Shown: one piece after another, positions 10,368-18,364 of the stretch | Layout: each line of letters starts with the position of its first letter | Numbering within the stretch: position 1 is the first letter of the stretch | Source: Clostridia bacterium | Lineage (GTDB): Bacteria > Bacillota > Clostridia > Oscillospirales > CAG-272 | Assembly (NCBI GenBank): GCA_017625915.1 | Contig: JAGAJV010000062.1 | Location: 1-42,393 of the forward strand | DNA length: 42,393 bases | Reading direction: 5' to 3' | The notes under the pieces: generated by a model | What the model was told of the DNA's origin: nothing | The model's database searches: none | What the model saw: the letters and a program-made list of their open reading frames with translations, nothing else | Made by a program: the position numbers and the translations under genes

Positions 10368-12032
10368 ATGTTAAAAAAATTAATACCTATTTTTGTTTTA
10401 CTAATTTTAAGTGTCTTAATTTTATCTGCTTGTAGCGATAAATGTGAGCATAATTACATAGAAACCATAATCCCATCCACCTGCAAAAACAATGGCTATA
10501 CCCAAAGGCTGTGTGCAGACTGCGGTGATGAGCAAATATTTGATTACAAGCCCCTTTCCGGACATAGTGGAGAATGGTATGTTGCAAAGGAGCCAACCTG
10601 TCAAACAGTTGGTACAGAAGAACGACTTTGCTTAACCTGTAATACGATTTTTGAAACCCGTAGTATTACAAAGCTAGGACATGTAAGCGGTGAATGGAAA
10701 ACAACAAAAGCACCTACCTGTAAGAATACAGGCGAGGAAAAGCTGTTTTGCAACACCTGTGGCATTGACCTTGAAACAAGAGTGCTGGCGGTTACAGAGG
10801 AGCACGATTTTTTTAGTGAAGTAACCCCACCTACCATAAGCGCAGAGGGCTATACAACATATACCTGTAAAATATGCGATTTTTCAAAAAAGGACGACTA
10901 TGTGCCTAAAATTGAGGTGATTGAGGAGCTAAGCGCATCAGAAATTTACGAGCTAGCCTCAAAGGCTATGGTAAGAATTGATGCATATGATAAAAACGGA
11001 AAAAGATTTTCTCTTGGCTCAGGCTTTTTTATTAGTAACGATGGTAAAATTGCAACAAATTATCATGTAATTCAAGGCGCATATTCCTTAAAGGCAGTAT
11101 TGTATTATGACAATTCTACTCACAATGTAACAACTGTTTTAGGCTATAATTCAGCTCGTGACGTGGCTGTAATTCAAATAAATTTAACTAATACCTCACA
11201 CTTAGAGCTGTCAACTGATGAGGTTAAAACAGGTGACACTGTGTATACATTAGGAAGCCCTATGGGTATAGATAACATCTTTAGCTCAGGTATAGTTTCC
11301 AATCCTAGCAAGAAGGTTTCAGGAAACGAATGTATTGCCTTTACAGCGCCTATTTCATCGGGTAATAGTGGCGGACCGTTACTCAACAACAAGGGGCAGG
11401 TAATCGGTATAAATACTATGACCGTTACCGATTCTCAAAGTCTAAACTTTGCTGTTATGGCTAAGCAAATCACTAATTTGAATACTGAAAATGCAATCAC
11501 ACCGTCCGCTCTTTACAATAAAACAATCAGCGAAAATGCATTTGAACTACTATATCTCAATATAATGCTAAATGCACAATCGGTATCCAATGACCAATAC
11601 ATTATATACACCAATACCCCGGAAACTGCCGACAATGTAGGCACAGATACCTATTTTATTGCCGATAGCGAAAAGGAAACCGTTACAATCAGAACACATA
11701 TTGTCAAAAACGGAAAGCGTTTATATACAACTGAGCTTGTGTTAAGCGGAGTTAGAGAGCAATACTTGTTTACGCTTTATGATATTAGCTTAGGTCAGTA
11801 TGGAATAGAGTCCGCTGTAAATGCTAAGAGCCCAGCTAAGTCATACGAAGCCGATTATGAGGCTCTATTCAATATTGTCACATTTAGATATACAGATACC
11901 GATAAAGTCCCTGCTGAAAATATGAGACAGGTATATTTCTTAATGTACACTTTAACTATGGAAAGCTTAAGTAGTTATTTGAACAAATCAAATACAGGAC
12001 TTGCTCTAGCACACTTTAATTTCAATTATTAA
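10368..12032 (+). CDS. Lipoprotein trypsin-like (S1C/HtrA-like) serine protease with N-terminal Cys-rich repeats and an uncharacterised C-terminal domain
   Basis: Signal peptide with lipobox LSAC; about four repeats of P-[ST]-C-x3-G-x4-5-C-x2-C...H; protease core with HVIQG, DVAVIQ and GNSGGPLLN catalytic-triad motifs; ~180 aa C-terminal region with no recognisable motif. Confidence 0.8.
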   Translation: MLKKLIPIFVLLILSVLILSACSDKCEHNYIETIIPSTCKNNGYTQRLCADCGDEQIFDYKPLSGHSGEWYVAKEPTCQTVGTEERLCLTCNTIFETRSITKLGHVSGEWKTTKAPTCKNTGEEKLFCNTCGIDLETRVLAVTEEHDFFSEVTPPTISAEGYTTYTCKICDFSKKDDYVPKIEVIEELSASEIYELASKAMVRIDAYDKNGKRFSLGSGFFISNDGKIATNYHVIQGAYSLKAVLYYDNSTHNVTTVLGYNSARDVAVIQINLTNTSHLELSTDEVKTGDTVYTLGSPMGIDNIFSSGIVSNPSKKVSGNECIAFTAPISSGNSGGPLLNNKGQVIGINTMTVTDSQSLNFAVMAKQITNLNTENAITPSALYNKTISENAFELLYLNIMLNAQSVSNDQYIIYTNTPETADNVGTDTYFIADSEKETVTIRTHIVKNGKRLYTTELVLSGVREQYLFTLYDISLGQYGIESAVNAKSPAKSYEADYEALFNIVTFRYTDTDKVPAENMRQVYFLMYTLTMESLSSYLNKSNTGLALAHFNFNY

Positions 12033-12036
12033 GCAT

Positions 12037-12070
12037 AAATGCCCTGCCATCACAGGGCATTTGTTTTATT
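12037..12070 (+). terminator. Intrinsic terminator after the protease gene
   Basis: Stem aaatgccctg / cagggcattt with loop ccatca, then a T-rich tract. Confidence 0.75.
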
Positions 12071-12086
12071 TATTTTTTATAATCTA

Positions 12087-12115
12087 TTGCAAAAAATATA
12101 TTTTAGTGTTATAAT
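12087..12115 (+). promoter_or_regulatory. Sigma-A-type promoter
   Basis: TTGCAA (12087-12092), 17-nt spacer, TATAAT (12110-12115). Confidence 0.55.
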
Positions 12116-12150
12116 ATAATGAAAATATGCTGGGATTAAAGGAGATATTT

Positions 12151-13272
12151 ATGAGAATAGGACTTTTAGGCTTCGGCTCTATGGGAAAAACGCACCTATA
12201 CTGTGTCAACAATCTTAAATACTTCTTTGGTAATGACTATAATGCTGAAATTGTGTCTGTATGTACAAAAAGCATTGAAACTGCAAAAAAAGCAAGCGAA
12301 CAGTTTAATATAGATGGCTATACAAATAACGAGGATGACATTATTTACGATAGCACAATAGATGCAGTTGATATTTGTACTCCTAATATTTATCATTACG
12401 AAACTGCAAAAAAAGCAATATTGGCAGGCAAGCATATTTACTGTGAAAAGCCCCTTGCAATAAATTATGAGCAGGCTAAGGAGCTAAGCGACCTTGCAAA
12501 AAAGCATAATGTAAAATGCCATATGGTGTTTAACAATCGCTTTTTATCTCCGGTTTTAAAAGCAAAGGAGCTAATTAGCGAGGGCAAGCTAGGACGCATT
12601 TTGTCCTTTAACGGTGCATATCACCATTCAAGCGCTCTTGATGTAAATAAAACAGGCTGGAAGCAGGACAAGGATATTTGCGGCGGTGGCGTGCTGCTTG
12701 ATTTAGGCTCACATATAACCGACCTTATTTATTACCTTTGTGGAAATTTCAAAAGCGTAATTGGTAAAAGCCAAATCGCATTTCCTGTAAGAACAGGTGT
12801 AAACGGTGAAAAATGGCAAACCAACGCAGACGAAGCATTTTATATGCTGGCAGCTCTTGAAAACGGAGCAGCTGGCACTATAACAGTTAGTAAAATCACA
12901 ACAGGCTCAAACGACGACCTTTCCTTTGAAATTCATGGCGATAAGGGAAGCATTCGCTTTAATTTAATGAATCCTAATTTCCTTGAATTTTATTCCTGTG
13001 ATAGCGCTGACGGACAATATGGCGGAGAAAGAGGCTATACACAAATTGAATGTGTAAATAGATACCCACAGCCCGCTGGTATATTCCCGGGTATTAAAGC
13101 ACCAATCGGTTGGCTACGAGGACACCTTGGCAATTACTATTCCTTTGTTGACTCAGTAGTGAATAATAAAGAGCCATCAATCTCCTTTGAGGACGGAGCT
13201 TATGTTCAATTAGTGCTTGAAAAAGCATACCTATCCGACACCCTTAAAAAAGAGGTGACAATTAATGATTAG
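12151..13272 (+). CDS. Gfo/Idh/MocA family oxidoreductase
   Basis: N-terminal Rossmann MRIGLLGFGSMG and EKPLA motif. Start moved to ATG 12151, preceded by aaggaga. Confidence 0.85.
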   Translation: MRIGLLGFGSMGKTHLYCVNNLKYFFGNDYNAEIVSVCTKSIETAKKASEQFNIDGYTNNEDDIIYDSTIDAVDICTPNIYHYETAKKAILAGKHIYCEKPLAINYEQAKELSDLAKKHNVKCHMVFNNRFLSPVLKAKELISEGKLGRILSFNGAYHHSSALDVNKTGWKQDKDICGGGVLLDLGSHITDLIYYLCGNFKSVIGKSQIAFPVRTGVNGEKWQTNADEAFYMLAALENGAAGTITVSKITTGSNDDLSFEIHGDKGSIRFNLMNPNFLEFYSCDSADGQYGGERGYTQIECVNRYPQPAGIFPGIKAPIGWLRGHLGNYYSFVDSVVNNKEPSISFEDGAYVQLVLEKAYLSDTLKKEVTIND

Positions 13273-13861
13273 AATTGGAATATGTGGCTCGAGTGGCTCA
13301 GGCAAGGGCTATGTATGTAAGCTTTTTTCAACCTACGGCTTTAAATGGATTGATACTGATAGAGTGTATAGAGATTTAGCAACACCAAAATCAAAATGCG
13401 TTATGGAGCTACGAGAATATTTTGGTGATAGCATATTAAACCCCGACGGAAGCCTTAATAGAAAAGAGCTTTCAAAAAGTGTATTCGAGGGCAAAAATTC
13501 TAAGGAAAGATTAAATAAGCTGAACGAAATTACTCATTTTCACATACAAATTGAAACTGAAAGAATAATAAATGAATGTGAGCAAAGTGGCTATCGAGGA
13601 GCTTTGATAGATGCACCCGTGCTATTTGAAAGTGGCTTTGATAAGCTGTGCGATATTACAATATGCGTAACTGCCCCCATAGAATTAAAGCTAAAAAGAA
13701 TAGTAAACCGTGATAATATAACAGAAGAAAAGGCAAGGGCTCGCATAAGCAATCAATTAAGTGACGATATTTTAAGAGAAAAATGCACCTACGAGATTGA
13801 TAATTCCGAGGGCGCAGATATAGAAAAGCAAATTGCGGAAATAATAGCGAAATTAAATTAG
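13265..13861 (+). CDS. coaE: Dephospho-CoA kinase
   Basis: P-loop GICGSSGSGKG, ~198 aa, typical CoaE length and layout; overlaps the upstream gene by 8 nt; TAG stop at 13859-13861. Confidence 0.85.
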   Translation: MIRIGICGSSGSGKGYVCKLFSTYGFKWIDTDRVYRDLATPKSKCVMELREYFGDSILNPDGSLNRKELSKSVFEGKNSKERLNKLNEITHFHIQIETERIINECEQSGYRGALIDAPVLFESGFDKLCDITICVTAPIELKLKRIVNRDNITEEKARARISNQLSDDILREKCTYEIDNSEGADIEKQIAEIIAKLN

Positions 13862-13887
13862 TTTAAAATAAAAAAGGAGTATATATT

Positions 13888-15279
13888 ATGGACAAGAAAG
13901 AACTAAAGAAGCTAAAGGAAAAGCTATTTTACAAAAAGGAAAATGCTTTTGATGTAGCAACAGAAAAGGAAGCAAAGGCAGTAAGCGAATATGCTGAGGG
14001 CTATAAATCATTCCTTGACAATGCAAAAACAGAAAGAGAAGCAGTTAAGGAAGCTATTAAGATGCTTTCCAAGGAGGGCTTTAAGGAATATAAGCTCGGC
14101 GAAAAAATCGAAAAGGGTAACAAATATTACCTAAACAATAGAGATAAGAGCCTATTTGCATTTGTTGCAGGCACAGAGGACATCGAAAAGGGTATCAGAA
14201 TTTGCGCAGCTCATATCGATTCACCTCGTCTTGACCTTAAGCAACACCCAATGTTTGAAAATGAGGGCTTTGCTTACCTAAAGACACACTACTACGGTGG
14301 TATCAGAAAGTATCAATGGGTTACAATTCCACTAGCACTACACGGTGTAGTTTCAACTGTTGATGGCGAAAATGTAGAAATCACAATCGGTGAGGACGAA
14401 AACGATCCGGTATTCTGCATTACTGACCTTCTCCCACATCTTGCAAGAGAGCAATCACAAAAGCCACTTGGCACAGCTCACGCAGGTGAAAGCCTTAATC
14501 TCTTAATCGGCTCAGAGCCACTTGACGGCGCTACAGAGGATAAGGTTAAATTCAATATGCTAAAGATTCTTAACGATAGATATGGCATTACAGAAAGCGA
14601 TTTTGTAAGCGCAGAGCTAACAGCCGTTCCGGCAGGCAAGGCAAGAGACCTCGGTCTTGACCGTTCTATGATTGCTGCATACGGACACGACGACAGAGTA
14701 TGCTCATACCCATCACTTACAGCTATTATGGAATGTAAGAATAGCGAGCACACAATTATGTGTATCCTTGCAGACAAGGAAGAAATCGGCTCAGAGGGTG
14801 TAAGCGGTATGAAGTGCCGTCTAATCGTTGACTTAATTGAGGAAATTTCAACAAATCTTGGTGGTAATCCAAATGTTGTAAGAGCAAATTCAATGTGCCT
14901 ATCTGCCGATGTTAGCGCAGGCTATGACCCAATGTACCCGGAGGTATTTGAAAAGAGAAATAGCGCTATTGTAAACTGTGGCGTTGTTATGAATAAGTAC
15001 ACAGGCGGTGGTGGAAAGAGCTCCACAAACGATGCAAGTGCAGAATATGTAGGACATATCAGAAGAATATTCAAGGACGCAGGCGTAGTATGGCAAACAG
15101 CCGAGCTTGGTAAGATAGATGTTGGCGGTGGCGGAACAGTAGCTATGTATATTGCTAACCAAAATATCAACACAGTTGACCTAGGCGTTGCTGTTCTTTC
15201 AATGCACGCACCCTTAGAGGTTATTTCTAAGAACGACCTATACCAAACACACAAGGCTCTCGTAGCTTTCTGCAAATAA
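13888..15279 (+). CDS. M18 family aminopeptidase
   Basis: 463 aa with CAAHIDSPRLDLK, DKEEIGSEG and LSMHAP metal-ligand motifs typical of M18/aspartyl aminopeptidases. Confidence 0.85.
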   Translation: MDKKELKKLKEKLFYKKENAFDVATEKEAKAVSEYAEGYKSFLDNAKTEREAVKEAIKMLSKEGFKEYKLGEKIEKGNKYYLNNRDKSLFAFVAGTEDIEKGIRICAAHIDSPRLDLKQHPMFENEGFAYLKTHYYGGIRKYQWVTIPLALHGVVSTVDGENVEITIGEDENDPVFCITDLLPHLAREQSQKPLGTAHAGESLNLLIGSEPLDGATEDKVKFNMLKILNDRYGITESDFVSAELTAVPAGKARDLGLDRSMIAAYGHDDRVCSYPSLTAIMECKNSEHTIMCILADKEEIGSEGVSGMKCRLIVDLIEEISTNLGGNPNVVRANSMCLSADVSAGYDPMYPEVFEKRNSAIVNCGVVMNKYTGGGGKSSTNDASAEYVGHIRRIFKDAGVVWQTAELGKIDVGGGGTVAMYIANQNINTVDLGVAVLSMHAPLEVISKNDLYQTHKALVAFCK

Positions 15280-15295
15280 TAGCGAGGAAAATAAA

Positions 15296-16261
15296 ATGAA
15301 GGACATTTTTGATAGGCTTCACGATTTCGGACTAGTTCCGGTTATAAAAATTACAAAGGTAGAAAACGCAGTTCCACTTGCAAGGGCATTAAAGGCGGGT
15401 GGACTTAACTGTGCAGAAATAACATTCAGAACTGCTTGCGCTAAGGAAGCAATTGCAGAAATTACAAAGGCAGTTCCTGATATGCTCGTAGGCGCAGGTA
15501 CAATTTTAACACCGGAGCAAGCAGACGAGGCAATCGAGGCAGGCTCAAAGTTTATTGTTAGTCCGGGTCTTAACCCAAGAGTAGTAAAGCACTGTCTTGA
15601 AAAGGGCGTGCCTGTATTACCGGGCTGCGCAACACCTTCCGAGGTTGAGCAGGCTCTCGAGCTCGGCTTAAAGGCAGTAAAATTCTTCCCGGCGGAGGCA
15701 GCAGGCGGACTTAATATGATTAAGTCTATGAGCGCTCCTTACGGTAGCCTAAAGTTTATGCCAACAGGTGGCATTAACGAGGAAAATATGCTTGCATACC
15801 TATCCTTCAATAAAATTATCGCCTGTGGCGGTAGCTTTATGGTTAAGGATGCACTTATTGATGCAGGCAACTTTGAGGAGATTACAAGACTTACAAAGAG
15901 TGCAGTTATGAAAATGCTGGGCTTCAAGCTAGCTCATATTGGCATTAACTGCGAAAATAAGGAAAGCGCAACAAAGAGCGCAAAGCTTATTTGCACACTA
16001 TTTGGTCTTGATTATAAGGAGGGCAATAAGTCAACCTTCTGTGGCTCAGATTTTGAGCTTATGCACACACCGTATTATGGCACAAACGGCCATATCGCAA
16101 TAGCTACAAACTTCCCGGATAGAGCAAAAGCATATCTTGAAAGCCAGGGCATTGAGTTTATCGACGAAACTGCTGGCTACGACGATAAGGGCAACCTAAA
16201 GGTTATCTATGTAAAGGAAGAAATTGCAGGCTTTGCAATTCACCTAGTTAAAAAGGCATAA
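15296..16261 (+). CDS. eda: KDPG/KHG aldolase (Eda) fused to a C-terminal VOC/glyoxalase-like domain
   Basis: N-terminal ~205 aa match Eda signatures (GLVPVIK, EITFRT, KFFPAE, PTGGI); C-terminal ~115 aa (LAHIGINC...GHIAIAT...) resemble a VOC-fold domain. Confidence 0.8.
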   Translation: MKDIFDRLHDFGLVPVIKITKVENAVPLARALKAGGLNCAEITFRTACAKEAIAEITKAVPDMLVGAGTILTPEQADEAIEAGSKFIVSPGLNPRVVKHCLEKGVPVLPGCATPSEVEQALELGLKAVKFFPAEAAGGLNMIKSMSAPYGSLKFMPTGGINEENMLAYLSFNKIIACGGSFMVKDALIDAGNFEEITRLTKSAVMKMLGFKLAHIGINCENKESATKSAKLICTLFGLDYKEGNKSTFCGSDFELMHTPYYGTNGHIAIATNFPDRAKAYLESQGIEFIDETAGYDDKGNLKVIYVKEEIAGFAIHLVKKA

Positions 16262-16269
16262 GGAATTAT

Positions 16270-17334
16270 ATGTTTGATAAACTTTTAGAAGCAGAAAATA
16301 GATTTAATGAAATAGAAAAAAGCCTTGAGGACCCGGAAACAGTGTCCAATCAACATCTTTTTACCTCTTTAATGAAGGAATATAAAAGCCTGACTCCAAT
16401 TATTGAAAAGTACCGTGAGTACAAAAAGACTCAAAGCGATATGGAGGGCGCGAAAATCCTTATGGAAGAGGAAACGGGCGAGATGTACGAAATCGCTGTT
16501 GAGGAATATAAGGACTGTAAGGCTAAAATAGAGGGAATCGAGGAGGAATTAAAAATTCTTCTCATACCTAAGGACCCTAACGACGACAAGAACGTAGTAG
16601 TTGAAATTCGTGCAGGCGCAGGAGGCGAGGAGGCAGCACTCTTTGCTTACGACCTATACAGAATGTACTCAATGTACGCACAGGCTAACAACTTTAAATT
16701 TGAGCTTACAAACGCAAACGAAACAGGCTTAAAGGGCTTTAAGGAGGTTACCTTTATGATTTCCGGAGAGGGTGCATATTCTCGCTTTAAGTTTGAAAGT
16801 GGCGTTCATAGAGTGCAAAGAGTACCTGAAACTGAATCACAGGGCAGAGTACAAACATCAACAGCTACAGTAGCAGTATTGCCAGAGGCAGAGGATGTTG
16901 AGGTTGAGCTCAATATGGGCGATGTAATTGTTGAAACCTGTAAGTCCAGTGGCGCAGGCGGATAGCATGTCAACAAAACCGAGTCAGCTATCCGTCTTAT
17001 CCATAAGCCAACGGGCATCGTAGTTGAATGTCAGGACGAAAGAAGCCAGTTCAAAAACAAGGACAAGGCATTTAAGATTTTAAGAACAAAGCTTTACGAC
17101 ATAAAGGTTCGTGAGCAAAATGATAAAATTGCATCAGAGAGAAAAAGTCAGGTCGGTACAGGTGATAGAAGTGAAAAAATCAGAACCTATAACTATCAGC
17201 AAAGCCGTGTAACAGACCACAGAATTGGCTATACAATTTATTCTCTTGAAGCATTTTTAAATGGCGATATTGGCGAAATGCTGGAAAAGCTGGCAACAGC
17301 CGATGCTGCCGAAAAGCTAAAGGGCGGAAACTAA
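16270..17334 (+). CDS. prfA: Peptide chain release factor 1, reading frame interrupted by an in-frame TAG at codon 232 (the GGQ glutamine position)
   Basis: One continuous frame of 354 sense positions: RF1-type recognition region [26 protein letters not shown], then [37 protein letters not shown]..., TAA at 17332-17334. TAG occupies 16963-16965. The ORF track stops at 16965. Confidence 0.9.
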
Positions 17335-17335
17335 A

Positions 17336-18364
17336 ATGATAACCGAAATTTTCAAGGTAGATGAAAATAGTATATTAGAGCTAGAAAAGGCTTCTAAGCT
17401 ATTAAACGACGGTGAGCTAGTTGCAATTCCAACGGAAACCGTATATGGATTAGGAGCAAATGCTCTTAATAAAAATGCCTGCCTTAACATTTTTAAGGCA
17501 AAGGGCAGACCAAGCGACAACCCGTTAATTGTACATATAGCAAAGCCTGAGGATGCCGAGAAAATTGCATATACAAATGAGCTATACTATAAGCTGGCAA
17601 AACGCTTTATGCCGGGCCCGCTTACTGTAATAATGCCTAAGCGCGATATAATACCCTATGAGGTAACAGCAGGGCTTGAAACAGTGGCGGTAAGATGCCC
17701 GGAGCATAAGGTGGCACATAAGCTTATAGAAATAGCTAAAATCCCAATTGCAGCCCCATCTGCTAATACATCCGGAAAGCCATCACCAACCACTGCACAG
17801 CATGTGTATGATGATATGAATGGCAAAATTCCAATGATTTTAGATGGCGGTGAATGTAAATTTGGTGTAGAATCAACCGTAATTTCAATCACAAATGATT
17901 CTATAATGCTGCTTCGCCCGGGCTCAATAACCGTTGAAGCCTTAAAGGAAATATGTCCAAATGTAAAAATAGCCTCAGCAGTAAAAGAGGAGCTAAAGCA
18001 AGGCGAAACCGCCTTATCCCCCGGAATGAAATATAAGCATTATGCACCAAAGGCAAATTTATATTTGGTTAATGATAAAAATATAAACTTTATAGAATTA
18101 GCAAAAGAGAAGCAGAAAACTGAAAATTGCGCAATAATGTGCTATGACGAGGAAATTTCGCTTCTTGAAAATAAAAACCTTTTACCGGTCGGCAAAAAGG
18201 ACGATGTAAAGGAACAAACTAAAAGACTGTTTATTCTTTTACGCAGGGCAGACGATCTATGTGTCGATACTGTCTATGCACACCTTCCATACGATGAAGG
18301 AGAATCCCTAGCAATTTATAACAGAATGATACGTGCCTGCGCGCACAGAGTATTAGGAGGATAA
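17336..18364 (+). CDS. tsaC: L-threonylcarbamoyladenylate synthase (Sua5/YwlC type, YrdC plus Sua5 domains)
   Basis: IPTETVYGLGANA, KGRPSDNPLIVH, SANTSGKPSPT motifs; 342 aa two-domain length. Confidence 0.9.
   Translation: MITEIFKVDENSILELEKASKLLNDGELVAIPTETVYGLGANALNKNACLNIFKAKGRPSDNPLIVHIAKPEDAEKIAYTNELYYKLAKRFMPGPLTVIMPKRDIIPYEVTAGLETVAVRCPEHKVAHKLIEIAKIPIAAPSANTSGKPSPTTAQHVYDDMNGKIPMILDGGECKFGVESTVISITNDSIMLLRPGSITVEALKEICPNVKIASAVKEELKQGETALSPGMKYKHYAPKANLYLVNDKNINFIELAKEKQKTENCAIMCYDEEISLLENKNLLPVGKKDDVKEQTKRLFILLRRADDLCVDTVYAHLPYDEGESLAIYNRMIRACAHRVLGG

Noticed and set aside
16963-16965. Genome-wide reassignment of TAG to Gln (code-15-like) as the explanation for the prfA TAG.
   Set aside because: TAG ends at least four well-delimited genes in this window at their expected C-termini (ktrB, nfnB-like, coaE, mutS), some followed directly by terminators. 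No other gene shows an internal TAG.
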